64,000 bases of DNA from Phoronis australis (lineage: Eukaryota; Animalia; Phoronida): assembly GCA_002633005.1 (NCBI GenBank), contig NMRA01000334.1:436443-500442 (forward strand). The letters run 5' to 3'. This document shows, piece after piece, positions 51,594-64,000 of this stretch. Numbering within the stretch: the first letter of the stretch is position 1; each line of letters opens with the position of its first letter. A program made the translations under genes and the position numbers. Below the pieces are notes generated by a model. It worked only from the letters and a program-made list of their open reading frames with translations, was not told where the DNA came from and did no database searches.

Positions 51594-52009
51594 TTACCAC
51601 AACATTAGCCTCGAATGGCCAATACAACCGTGTAATAACCATTTCGTTATCTCTCTAGTCAGATAAAATTTTGACGGGAACCGAGGCCGCGAGAGTTTCG
51701 AGTCGCCGACTTTCCCACTACACCACTCAGCGGCTGTCGTCAAGCGTGAAAATAGAATACGCGAAAATAGAATGAGCACGCGCAACAATCACGTGCTCAA
51801 CAAAGGTCATTGTACCGACATTTACACGCTATGAAAAATAAGACGCATAATTTCCATAAAAAACGATATTTTAATTCAGAGAAATTTATCTCTCATTTTC
51901 TCTCACTTGAAAATCACCGATCTCCAATTTGAATGCGGGTATCGTGTCGTCGGGATCCTTGGACTTGAGCATTATACTCAGTTACCAGGGGTAACCTACT
52001 TGAGCAGAC
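51594..52009 (-). repeat. Inverted copy of the tRNA-like-containing repeat at 12731-13140
   Basis: Reverse-complement identity blocks. Confidence 0.85.
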
Positions 52010-52534
52010 GATGGAAACACGTTTCGCTTTTAATTCTAAGCCATCTTCAGGCGAGTATCAGTTAAACATGAAACTGGAAGTTACACCGTTGAAGCAAGGT
52101 TAGGCCGCACACCGCATAACTGTAAAAATTGTGGCAATCCTAAAATTCCGAAATGTTTTTGCAGACCTTCGAAAAACAAACTGTCTCAATTTCCTGTTTG
52201 GGGATAGGGTTTGCACAAAATGTCATAACCCTCAAACTGCGAGGATTTGTGAAGACCTTCCAAGCACAAATTGCGATAGTTAGGTGACTGTTCTAACATC
52301 CGTCCTTCGTAGGTCTGGCTCATTTAACTACCAGTCGAGATCAATTCAAAATCAGTAAAGTAGACAAACCCAGAGTATATCACACTTGCAAGACCACCAG
52401 TTCCGCTTGAAATACACAGCGACATCCCATGGAAGCTTGCTCAGTTTTGCCCTAGTCACAAGCTACCAATGTAATCTTGATCAATACAACCCCGATGTGG
52501 CAGTACAAACAACAGTGGACACTTGCAGCATACT

Positions 52535-52540
52535 TTTATT
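52535..52540 (-). terminator. Candidate polyadenylation signal of the USP gene
   Basis: AATAAA on the minus strand ~900 nt after the stop codon, followed by GT-rich sequence. Confidence 0.45.
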
Positions 52541-53432
52541 GACATAATACGCAACATAAATACAATCAGTCACAGAAATTCAACCATGACCCAAGAGTTC
52601 ACAAGTTCTCAACACATAAACCGTGAATTGTGCATGCATGCAATTCAACATAAAACAAAAATATCACTGAATTCAGCACTGCAGTAACGAAATAGGATAT
52701 CGAGACTTAACCACACGACTTGGGTGCCACAAGGAATACTTCACTATTATCCGAGAATGATAATCCACAGCTTACATTATTTGTGAATAAAATAGACCAT
52801 AAAAACTCATCTGGGTAGTTGTCCAGTTTCAAACTGAACAGAAGAGATATCACACAGTGGAATAACACCACTACAACATGAGTGGCTCAAAGACTCCAAT
52901 ATCCACGCCGGTCAGAGCTGGGATAATGCTTTTCTATTACCCATCAAAGTCTCGGCACAGACCTGGTGTATCCACTCGGTTTAAAACTCAGGGAAAGTTT
53001 GCAACAGTTCAACACTTTCCACTCCCACTGAACTGTAAGTCCTAATATCACTGGACAATTATGATCCACCCAAAACCCACCCACCCCTATGCGCAGTGAC
53101 TAGCATGGACTGACCCGCATACAGGTCATATGCCTACTCTCAACATGAAATGAACCACAAATCTGATATCAGAACACAGTTCAGCAAAACTTAAAGCTAC
53201 ACTTCACCATTTAGCTGGCTAAAAATGAAAATCGAATTCAGCCTTTCACTCTCGACTGATAAAACCGGTCATGTAATATTCCTTACAGTGACGGCCTCAT
53301 TGGGCAACAATTCAAGATCGGATAAGCGTGGTAATTTCTGCAAACCCTAGCGCTTTGGTTAAGAATTCAACATTGCCAGCCAAACAGTGGTGAAATGCCC
53401 CATAAAATGGACATACTAACAACATCACATTA

Positions 53433-53621
53433 TCAGTTCGTGTCCATGTCGTCGTTTTCGTCATCACTCAACCTCCCGTTAGTTGTGCCATTGCTGCCAT
53501 TCTTGTTGCTAGAGGGAGCTCCAGCAGCAGCGTTCGTGTCACACATGCGCATCTTCCGCGGTGGCGACTGTGCTCCCACAACGCCTCTCCGCTGGTAGAC
53601 CAGAACGTAGCCATGTTTTGC
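53433..53621 (-). CDS. USP15: USP4/USP15-like ubiquitin-specific protease, last coding exon (AKHGYVLVYQRR...DDMDTN*)
   Basis: ttgtttcag acceptor; YVLxYQRR motif; MDTN C-terminus resembles USP4/USP15. Confidence 0.9.
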   Translation of the reverse strand, partial: AKHGYVLVYQRRGVVGAQSPPRKMRMCDTNAAAGAPSSNKNGSNGTTNGRLSDDENDDMDTN

Positions 53622-54575
53622 CTGAAACAAATTGAGAATAGTGTTGAATAACAGGTTGGGAACAGCCAGTGGAATCAGAAAATAAAAAAAAAAATTGAAA
53701 AAGGAATTTATCTGGAGAAAGCAAAATCTAAGTTTCCAAATAACAACTTGTACTGTGCAATTTTGAAAAGCATACATATCAGTTACAAGTACATAGGTCT
53801 GACTCAAGAAACTTACTGACAGTTATTTATTTGGATATAATTGTGTGATGGTCCCAAAAACGAGCCATGAAACAAGGCGAATTAACAGTTTTTGTTTTCT
53901 ACACCTGTAATGTCGTAGTATTGTTTAGTGAGGTTTGTACCCGGGAGAACCGACAAATGCTCCCAAGCATTGAAATCACACTCATTTTGACTACGGAGCA
54001 ATTTGAGACCAATTTCACAATGACCTGAACTAAAACTTAGGTTTTGAATAGAAGGCAATTGTCTAATGATGCTGAAATCAACCACTTTACTATAATTTAT
54101 CTTATATCGAAATTTAACCTGTTTTCTTACACATGTATGTAGCACTCAATGGCTGCGCTTGATTGATTTCATCGGTTCAACTGGCTAAGACACCCGATTG
54201 GTTCCTACATGATGACTTCTGGCTTACAGACCAATCAGATGTCTTCGCCAGTGCATCAAGTGCCACCTATAAAACTTGGAATCGCTGAATGCACCAGACG
54301 TCACATAACAAGGGCCCCACCTGGGGAGCCTGCGAATTTCCCAAACTGCAAACACACGTCTGGTTAATAGTAGGAAAGAAAACAAAATAATGAAACATGT
54401 TAAGAGCCCCGTTGCTTTCATAATATGGTCATGTAGCTAGATAACAAATTCTTCTCGTTAAACTCTACTGCATTATGCATCAGCAAATCTTGGTCAGTCA
54501 GCAACAGAGTTTTACAGTGACGTAGAGGACAGCATATTTTTACAGTCACTCTATTACAAATATCCATCACCGTAC

Positions 54576-54664
54576 CACGACTGAATCCTCATTGGCTCCG
54601 GAGACTGAGGCATCGTCAAAGTTGTACCATTCCCCATCCATGTTATTTTTGGCAAACGCCGTGT
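54576..54664 (-). CDS. USP15: USP4/15-like exon ((Y)[29 protein letters not shown])
   Basis: WYxFDD catalytic Asp box; AG/GT, phase 1/0. Confidence 0.93.
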
Positions 54665-55193
54665 CTGAAAGAATGAGACACAACAATAAGCAATCTGACA
54701 TTTCTTTAACAAAGGGCAGAAACTCATTCTGCCCCTGTTCCTTTACTAAGAGTTACATTGAGCGCTGTTTAGGTAAATACGAGTATTGTCCTGGGACATC
54801 ACGCTTGATATAATGGCAAGTGTCAATGTTTTGAACTTAATTTTGTAGGCCACAACACATGGGTCATGAACTAGGGTCAATAAACACTTTTTATTTTCTA
54901 TAGTGGTCGGAATGGAAGTTGGAAGTGATAAATTATGCTACATAAACATTTTATCTTACTTTAAAGTTGACCATTATTGACCCGTTGATGCAGCACTCAG
55001 TTTAATTTAACAGTGATGCAACTCCAGGATGCAACTTTAAATGAAATCAAAAAGTTAAATTCTACATTAAAGCACTGAACACTTGTCCAGTGCAAACCTT
55101 GAATATGCAAGTGATTCACGCGAGTTACAGTAAGCGTCCACTTGGTTCAAGTGATTCTGAATTTCATTTGCTAAAGCTACGTGAAATACGTAC

Positions 55194-55300
55194 AATGACC
55201 ACCACCCATTCCACCAAAGTGATTGGATACAGCAATCAGATCGTACACTAGCGACTTCTGGTGGTTGTTGTTGATAACCCACTTCTTCATACTTAGTGAC
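55194..55300 (-). CDS. USP15: USP4/15-like exon (SLSMKKWVINNNHQKSLVYDLIAVSNHFGGMGGGH)
   Basis: His box; AG/GT, phase 2/1. Confidence 0.93.
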
Positions 55301-55704
55301 CTGAAAGAGAATTGTGAGACCCTTACTTAACCAAAATACAAAAAGTATTAAGGAAAATTTGAAATAAATCAGAACTCAACACCTGGAAAGAAAAATTAGT
55401 CTTTAGCCAACTTTGACGAAGAGTACAGTGTATGTGGAAGAACGATCATTTACTGAGATTGTCAGCAAAAGGAAAATTACATCTGCAATACACCATATGA
55501 AGGTCAGTATGGAAAAGATGGAGAGTGAAAGACAGAAAATGCAGGAGAGGAGACGCAGGTAGAAGAAAAGAGGTGAAATGGTAAAAGGGGAGAGGAATGG
55601 GAAGGCCAGAGGCAAGGAAGAAGGGGTGGGAAGGAGAGTGCAGGATAGAAGGTGCAGGGAAGAGGCAGGAAAGAGAAGAGGGGGAAGGAGGGGAGAGATG
55701 GGAA

Positions 55705-56585
55705 NNNNNNNNNNNNNNNNNNNNNNNNNNNNNNNNNNNNNNNNNNNNNNNNNNNNNNNNNNNNNNNNNNNNNNNNNNNNNNNNNNNNNNNNNNNNNNNN
55801 NNNNNNNNNNNNNNNNNNNNNNNNNNNNNNNNNNNNNNNNNNNNNNNNNNNNNNNNNNNNNNNNNNNNNNNNNNNNNNNNNNNNNNNNNNNNNNNNNNNN
55901 NNNNNNNNNNNNNNNNNNNNNNNNNNNNNNNNNNNNNNNNNNNNNNNNNNNNNNNNNNNNNNNNNNNNNNNNNNNNNNNNNNNNNNNNNNNNNNNNNNNN
56001 NNNNNNNNNNNNNNNNNNNNNNNNNNNNNNNNNNNNNNNNNNNNNNNNNNNNNNNNNNNNNNNNNNNNNNNNNNNNNNNNNNNNNNNNNNNNNNNNNNNN
56101 NNNNNNNNNNNNNNNNNNNNNNNNNNNNNNNNNNNNNNNNNNNNNNNNNNNNNNNNNNNNNNNNNNNNNNNNNNNNNNNNNNNNNNNNNNNNNNNNNNNN
56201 NNNNNNNNNNNNNNNNNNNNNNNNNNNNNNNNNNNNNNNNNNNNNNNNNNNNNNNNNNNNNNNNNNNNNNNNNNNNNNNNNNNNNNNNNNNNNNNNNNNN
56301 NNNNNNNNNNNNNNNNNNNNNNNNNNNNNNNNNNNNNNNNNNNNNNNNNNNNNNNNNNNNNNNNNNNNNNNNNNNNNNNNNNNNNNNNNNNNNNNNNNNN
56401 NNNNNNNNNNNNNNNNNNNNNNNNNNNNNNNNNNNNNNNNNNNNNNNNNNNNNNNNNNNNNNNNNNNNNNNNNNNNNNNNNNNNNNNNNNNNNNNNNNNN
56501 NNNNNNNNNNNNNNNNNNNNNNNNNNNNNNNNNNNNNNNNNNNNNNNNNNNNNNNNNNNNNNNNNNNNNNNNNNNNNNNNNNNNN
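55705..56585. other. Assembly gap within a USP intron, preceded by a purine-rich tract
   Basis: N run. Confidence 0.99.
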
Positions 56586-56595
56586 GGCCACTCAC

Positions 56596-56864
56596 TTTGT
56601 GGGGTACTCCACCAGTGTATCCAGCTTGTCACGCCAGTAGCGGTTGTATGAAAATCGCTTCAAATGGACGACGAGCACATCCGGCAGAGACCAGAGGTCA
56701 AACTTCTTGGTGGCCTGCCGGTGCTCTTTGCACTGTGGGCAGTACCAGGGGTCGTCGGCACCCAGCCTCTCTTTAGTGGTGAACAGGTCGAGGCACTCGT
56801 TAAGCTGAACGGTTTTGCTCGACTTGACGGGCTTCATGTTGACGCTCTCGTGCACTTCCAAGGC
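56596..56864 (-). CDS. USP15: USP4/15-like exon (ALEVHES...[50 protein letters not shown])
   Basis: Strongly conserved USP4/11/15 catalytic-domain sequence; AG/GT, phase 0/2. Confidence 0.96.
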
Positions 56865-57264
56865 CTGTGGTGACAGTAGCTAGATAAATACAGGGTGCAC
56901 CAAAGTGCAGCCTTTAAAGGCTCTGCATCTAATTTTACCTAAACACTAGCTGGACGTAGGCCAATTATACTGGATAGAAAACATGTTTTGGCTTGTTTTC
57001 TCTCAAATAAGAAAGATTTCTGTGCCTGGGAAGAAAATGTTATCTTCCGGGCATAAAATGATCATCCGGGCCGAGCATAGTAGCATGCAGACCAGACTTA
57101 AAAATGTTTGCGATACAGCTGTAGTACAAAACATATCGGCAACTCTACTACAATGCTCATACTGGGCTCTGACCATGCTTCAACAAAAGTAGACAGACAA
57201 CTGCCTCACGTAAGACAGGAACCAAAACACTATCAAATTTGTTTGCAATTTAATGAACACCTAC

Positions 57265-57335
57265 CTCTGCTGTCTTTTCATCATAAAACTTTTCTTTTGC
57301 CTCAGGTATCCAGTCCATGGCCAAGTAAGTACGGT
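57265..57335 (-). CDS. USP15: USP4/15-like exon ((N)RTYLAMDWIPEAKEKFYDEKTAE)
   Basis: LAxDW motif; AG/GT, phase 1/0. Confidence 0.9.
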
Positions 57336-57449
57336 CTAGGAGAAGAAAACGAAAATGAGAAACGCTTTGCAAAAACCAGTGCAACATCCTCGTAAGTCAA
57401 TAAAGTTGTGTTCATGCAAAGCATCAGTAAACTTGAATGCATTTTTGCG

Positions 57450-57785
57450 ACAAGTTTACTCTGCAGCTGCACAGAACCGCCAAATTTACACTACAGGTGC
57501 CTCCATCTGGTGCACAGAACTACCTAATTTACACTACAGGTGTTTCTAACTAGAGTACAGAATAGTCAAGTTTACACTATGAGTGCTTCCATCTGGTGTA
57601 CAGAGCAGCCAAGTTTACACTACAAGTGCCTCCACCTGGGGTACAGAACTGCCAAGTTTACACCACAAGTGTCTCCATCTGGTGAACAGAAGTGCCAAGT
57701 TTACACTGCTGGTGCAACCATCTGGTGTACAGAGCAGCTATGCTTACACTACAGGAAACTCGACCCGGTGCAAAGAACTGCCAAA
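57450..57785. repeat. Intronic ~43-bp minisatellite
   Basis: ccaagtttacactacaagtgcctccatctggtgtacagag units, ~7 copies. Confidence 0.85.
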
Positions 57786-57963
57786 TGACTTCCCGAAGGG
57801 ATTTGATATTTGCAACAAGAAAAACCTTTCATCCCCAAGCTGCATTCCTTTTTTTCCACACTTGTCGCAGCAAAATACTTTAAGGGATCAAATGTCCAGT
57901 ACTGAGTGGACATAATCTGATGCAGCGATAAGTTGACAAGAAATAAGAAGACCGTCGACCTAC

Positions 57964-58158
57964 TCGTGAGTTTCAGAGGCTTGTCGTCATCCTGCAGCTT
58001 GTCAAACTCTGAGTTGCCATATGAATTGACATACTGCAAAGAGAACAGTCGGCGGCACTTGCGGGCGGGGATACTGTCGGCATCGTCATCTTTGATATCC
58101 ACGTCGTTATCATTGTGCTTGTCTTCACCTTCGCTTGTCTTGTCCTCCATCTCAAGGT
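57964..58158 (-). CDS. USP15: USP4/15-like exon, acidic insert (LEMEDK...RRLFSLQYVNSYGNSEFDKLQDDDKPLKLT)
   Basis: RLF..vNSYG motif; AG/GT, phase 1/1. Confidence 0.88.
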
Positions 58159-58838
58159 CTGAAACCAGACACCACGTCTTTCATGTAGAAAATGTGCACA
58201 AACCATTTGACAACTCCTACAATGGCTCTTTTGAAGTGCAAGCATTAAAGAGGACATCTCACAAACAACCCCACGCTACAGAACGGCTTTCACTTCTCAT
58301 TTTAGGAGATCAGATAGTAAAAAGAAGACCCTTTATTGAGTAATGCCAACTAATGAATATTCAGTCACCCATTTTACAAAATTCTTGTTGTGAAGGTGGA
58401 TCAAATTTTGCTGAAAAATGCGCACGATTCAAAGCTGCGACTTAAGCCATTTACTCTCGTGAAACCAACCTCGTAATATTGATTTCGTTTCTGTAATAAG
58501 ACACTATATCAGTTGCCAACAAGAACACCACAACCATCGGTAAGTAAAGAGTTTACTGGGGGTCAACCAACCCATAAATGAAGTATGCACGCATTGCCTG
58601 TGACTTGAGTTGGTAAAGGTAATGAAAGCTAATCACGGTTAAGGAATGTCGCGAGACCGCTTTGGTAAAACTAAAAGACCTATTTTTTTTTCTTAGCCAT
58701 CTGAGCAGAGTGAAATGCAGGTTTACCAGTCCACAAACTAACGACTGAGAAATGTCTCGCAAAGCAGTATACTGGGAATAACCACAGAAAGACCAGTAAC
58801 AACACCTCCTCTTCACTGTTGTCATGGTTACAGTTTAC

Positions 58839-58921
58839 CTTCAGTGTTATGGTCATTCTCTATCTGATCACAGTCTTCTTTCCACCAGATGTCATTGTCA
58901 TCGGGCTCGCGCACGTAACGA
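58839..58921 (-). CDS. USP15: USP4/15-like exon (RYVREPDDNDIWWKEDCDQIENDHNTE)
   Basis: RYV motif; AG/GT, phase 2/1. Confidence 0.85.
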
Positions 58922-60359
58922 CTGCAATCAAAAGATGCTGGAATTTAAAGTCCTGCACTTAAACAATTAAACAATTGCTAATGAGATAAGTTCAGCCTAC
59001 TCTGTCAATAGGAAGTATTCCATGTACACCTTATCACTGTGACAGGTTCAAGAGCATGTGTTGTTGACCAAATGTCAAATTTTGACAGGGATAATAAGCA
59101 GTTTCGTTCATACACCAATGTTTTGAACGAGCATGTTTGCGTGAATCATTCGAGTATACCATAGCAGAACAGTGGGACTTAGATGGAATGATGCTAGCAA
59201 AGAATTAATAAGAAACGGTTAGAAGTTTTCCCTCTTTTTAAATCCATACACGAATGTATAATACTGTCCAGCGACTAATTTATCGCCATCTAGAGGTAAT
59301 ACATGTACGTATTTGATTGCGTCCCCACCATATTGAAAATGTGTAGTGTGAGTCTTGCAGGAAAACAGCGAGACTCATATGTAAGAACAAGTTTTCAAAA
59401 AAAAAATAGACAATGTTGAAATTCAAGAAGTTTCGGTGCACAAAACTGCAACCAAATGAATATTTATGGATTTTTGACTAGAATCTGTTTCAATTTTGGC
59501 TAAATATCGGCAACTTTCTGGAAGAGGTTTCCCCGTCCATGCGGTCAAAATTACGACATCTTACAGCGACGTGCATTACATGTAGCCACTTAGAACCATG
59601 ACATCACATTTAACTCCCATAAAAGTTAGCCGAAAATGCTTTTTTTATTGTGACAAACTTCAACCAAACTGCCAAATCATTCAGTCTAATTAATTTGAAA
59701 ATTACAGCAGGAAACTGCAAGCTATTCTGAGTCCCAGGATGAAAATGTCCTGTGCAGGAGCTAATGAAAGTCTCAGCAGGGAGTTACTATTTTGAGGTTT
59801 CCGATGGCTCAGACAGATGAAAGTGACACCAAGTATACCCCTTTGTCAGCGTAACCATGGACACAGAAACCGCATGCATTAATTCAGTGCATGTCCATAG
59901 CAATGAGTCTTTTAAATTTTCTATATAATAACAAAGTTGACCAGATGAAACATCAGAAACTCGACCTGTTTCAGAGCACCATGAACTTCATTAATGATAA
60001 ATCAGGACAAGAACCACTGATGTCATCAATTTGTCACAACACAAGAACTGATCTAGCACAAGTTCCTTTTACGTAAAGCAGGGAAATTACCATATTAGCA
60101 CTGACTTTACAGCAATAAAACACTGGCTTGAAATAAATTGCAACACTGTACATTGAATCTAGAGACTTTTAACATTACTGTATTTGCCTCTGAAATTGAA
60201 TTCCCCAGGAATATTATCAGTTTCTCAATTTTACCTGAAGAAAAGTTTTCAAAAAATGCTAAAAATGATCTAATCGGATTTGGTTAGTTGACCAGAATTT
60301 CATTATAGGCAATTGGCCAATGGTCTTAATGCGAAACAAAAGGCTGCACGGATGCTTAA

Positions 60360-62137
60360 GGTAGGTGGATACACAAAAAAATTAATTTTGACTGTTTTTT
60401 ACATTTTTATGTCATCCTAATCTTTAATTCTTGATGCACAGTATACTGAAGAAAAATAAAATCATTCTGAAAATCCAAAGTTGTTTTTTAGCTATATTTG
60501 ACCAAGCCTCAGTAAGTCATATGGCTTGAGTGCTCACCAGCTCAGTGATTGACAACTGGGGCGGAGCTTATATACAAGACACTGGCTCTAATCTAACCCT
60601 GTCAACAAGCATTGCGTAACCGGGCAATCGAGAGTGATGTACCAGCTGATATTGGTGTTGTAGCAAGACCAAAAATAAAACAATTCTATTTTTGACCATG
60701 TGAAAGTTGGTAGTGAAATGGTGAACTAGCTCCTGTTCCGAGCCTGAGCCTGTTTGTCTATCTGCAAAAAAATTTGAGTACGCCAAGCCCTACCGAAGCC
60801 ATCACTGCCCTCAGCTTGAGGAGTCCGTGCAAAAATTGTGCATTGTATAAGAGAAGTCGTTAATATAAGGTCAGGTGTCTTGCGAGAGGACGCTGAGTGT
60901 CGACGTGGGTGGTGTTGCACGATTCGGTGAGAGTGCATGCACGTGCTGTGAAGACAAGCCGCGCGACCGACACATGGACAACTACATGCCATCAGAATAG
61001 AGTCTTCGCAGATAAACCGTGCTTCTGTGCTGGGAACGCTCCGTGGAGAAACTAAGCTGTCAAACCCAAAGGATTTTTAACTTGCCACTGGCCGTAACCC
61101 AGAGAATTAGAGAAATGACCCAGTGTTCAACATAACAAAAATTTTTCTAGTGCATAGATTCAAACGTAACAATGAATTAAAACTCATGATATGATACGAT
61201 TTTAGAGCAAAGCAATATAAGAAACTTTAGTTACTTAAGAATCTCACCCAAGCGGCGCTATTTGCGCAGAAAGTGATATTTTCTTATCCCAAAGTCCATT
61301 CGGTACAGGCACGTAAAAATGTTGAACCATTACTATGAAAGTAGTTCTTTATCCTCGTCGCCAACATTGTTATGTAGGCAGTAACGCGGCGATTTGATAT
61401 AACACATATATTGGTTCATGATAATATTGTAACACTAACAAATAGGTCTGTGTCATCTAGAGTGTCTTTTACTATACTGAGTGGAGAGTTCAGATGAATC
61501 GTATAAACAATCAACACATGGTTTTAATGTGTGGTCGGCACACCAAGTACAGCAGACAATAGATCAACGCTAAGTTCCGCCCACGTGACAGCCATATTTG
61601 TTTTGGTCGTCTGTCGTGCTTCACAAGTTCGAAAAAATGATTAAAATTACGCTGTAAACAAACAGGTATGTCACATTTTCTAAATATGAAGTAAATATCA
61701 GCTTTATTTCTAGTACTTCAACAAAAATTGGAACATAATGACCACGCATTCTGAACGAAATTTGATCTCAAGTGGCAATCGATGACCGCTTAACTTCAAA
61801 GCCGTTTTTCTCGNGTGGCGTGCTTGCCCCAACTCACACACAAAAAATGCCACAAAACCAAGATCATAATGATTTTGTACATATATTTGGAATGGATAAG
61901 TAGAATATTGCGTAAGGAAACAGTTGATGATGATCCCTGTGCATTTTGAAATAAAATTCGAGGTAAAATTGGATTTTTTGAAAATTAAAAAATACGATTT
62001 AAAAAAAAAAACAAAATACAAAAAAACTTTTTTTTTCCGATTTTTGTCACTTTCAGAGTCATATCTAACTAGTTAAAACTTCCTTTTTACTCATTTTAGT
62101 TAGGAACCTGGAGATTTGATCAGTGTATACACCTACC
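60360..62137. mobile_element. Kolobok-like non-autonomous DNA transposon in a USP intron
   Basis: TTAA on both flanks; TIRs GGTAGGTGGATACAC / GTGTATACACCTACC. Confidence 0.75.
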
Positions 62138-62895
62138 TTAACAATTTGAGCTAGACTAATATACGGGTTCAAAAATTGTTGCCACCTGGGGTTGAAACCG
62201 AGATATTTGCAATGTATTGCACGTGAATTGATAGCTGTCAGCTGTTTTTAAAACTAGGCATTTCCTCACAAGACTTTTTCTACTTTGAGAACCAGTTTCA
62301 TGTCTGTTATTCAGTGGAGAAAACTATATCTCAAAATGCAGGACCCCTATGGTCTGAAAAAGGCCATCATAAAATCAAGAAAGAGAAAAGCAGAAACAAA
62401 ACAGATATATGACAACATGTACTGACACTAAAGAACCATACAAAGTAACTCAAACTACACTTTGATTTCATCACTGATTGTAATCAATGAATGTAAATCA
62501 TAAATATAATTGATTTATTTATTAAATGCCTGATGGAAATTCATCTCAATACTTTTTTATTTGTGAATAAATCCGATAGATAGTTGTTAGATTTCTTACG
62601 TAAGCATACTCACAATCACTTTTTAATTGTTATTATCTAATTATAGCTACTCGGGGGTCAGGTACTACGACCTCTTCTGGCCATCCAGTCATATAACAAT
62701 GATTGTATGTTTATGTAAGATTTACAAATTACAAGTTTGTTTTTCTCTCTCTCTCACTCACAGAAATCAGCAAGTAACAAATCCATAGGAGTACATATGT
62801 TGCTAAAATCAGAATGTTGCCAAATTTTGAAGAATCCGTACTTTTTTTTGTAATTACTACAAAAATTCTGTTTTAAGAATTCAATGCAGGGCTTA

Positions 62896-63045
62896 ACATG
62901 CACTGATCACCAACCATACTTACGACATGCACTGATCACCAACCATACTTACAACATGCACTGATCACCAACCATACTTACAACATGCACTGATCACCAA
63001 CCATACTTACAACATGCACTGATCACCAACCATACTTACGACATG
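62896..63045. repeat. 29-bp tandem repeat x5 overlapping a USP splice donor
   Basis: acatgcactgatcaccaaccatacttac(g/a) units. Confidence 0.95.
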
Positions 63046-63165
63046 TGTCGGATGACGATGTTGTAAAGTTTGTCGTACGTGATGTCCTTGCGAGGTACCG
63101 CGACTAGCATGGGTTGCCCAAACAGGTGGCGCCCCGTTTGGGAGTATGAGTTGTGCGATCCTCGT
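63040..63165 (-). CDS. USP15: USP4/15-like exon (RGSHNSYSQTGRHLFGQPMLVAVPRKDITYDKLYNIVIRHM); gene continues beyond the window
   Basis: LFGQP..vavPR....DKLYN matches USP15; AG/GT, phase 2/2. Confidence 0.92.
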
Positions 63166-64000
63166 CTAAAAATGACAATAGCAAACGCTGGACATTTGTG
63201 AGCATTGCAGTAGCATTTACTTACAGAATCACACGCTAGTATAAGCAGTGCTGTCAGAAAAGAAAGCGGGTTGTGCAAATCTTGTCTAAAACGCCATAAG
63301 CATGAAATATTTAATACCAGACATGAACTCTGGATAATACTATCAACAGTTACAGCTTAGCTCCGACAAAGACTAGCAAGTAATTTCTCAGTTGATCACA
63401 CAGTTATGTGCAAAAAAACTAAAAAGAAGTGAATTATTAAAAGCAGTCGTGGTTTGTGTCAAAAAATAAGTTTCGATTCAGTACACTTAAAAAGTGAGAA
63501 TAAACTTTGCTGATTTTAAATGACACTATTCAGGAATATGACAAAAAACTCATGACAATATGCAATATATTTTACATGGGTTTAAGGTGAACTGATTCAT
63601 TTTTGACAATTGATGATAGTAACCAGAGTATATTCTATACAATACGTGGCGCCAATTGTACCAGCAACTTGCATTGAAATGCAGCCACGAATGCACCGCG
63701 AACGGTGTGCTTCTAGGGTTGTTTTTTGAATCATAAAAATGACCACTCAATGGCACAAGATACGTCCAATCCTTCTAAAAACAGGAACATGCCATCATTT
63801 TTTTAATAGAAATCTACTTACCAAATTTATGAAAAACTTTCAAGGAACTTCAGGAAAACAGTAGGAAAATGGTAAAAAAATGAAATTGCCACTAAAATGC
63901 ACAACATTTGTCATATCCGTCTGAAAGTATAGATACATGTCTTACTAATTAATAAAGATCCTGCAGTGGGTTTACGAGATACAGCTATGGGCGTAAAACA

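Noticed and set aside
55403-56776. Long ORFs of 347-409 aa
   Set aside because: Artefacts of translating through the N gap
60726-60992. SWIM-finger or metallothionein-like gene
   Set aside because: Cys/His spacing does not convincingly fit, and it lies inside a non-autonomous transposon

Overview
AT-rich, repeat-dense eukaryotic DNA (invertebrate-like, spliceosomal introns, two N gaps); no prokaryotic features and no CRISPR. Two host genes were assembled by hand, both on the minus strand. (1) The last eight coding exons of a USP4/USP15-type deubiquitinase (63165 to 53433). (2) A 4-exon gene not visible as one ORF in the track (31158 to 25149), encoding a 117-aa predicted secreted protein: signal peptide, WGRRRRRR, one canonical EF-hand loop and a very acidic tail. 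The rest is mostly decayed mobile DNA: a CR1/L2-group LINE, an ISL2EU-like element, an Academ element nested in a Kolobok-like element, a second Kolobok-like element in a USP intron, L1/Tx1 and Penelope-like fragments, and Helentron/HINE-like repeats (two with ~150-bp-periodic CTCF-like motifs, one with a 5x amplified terminal hairpin). A 29-bp tandem repeat copies a USP splice donor five times. Coordinates were counted by eye, family assignments come from motif recognition, and no database search was run.
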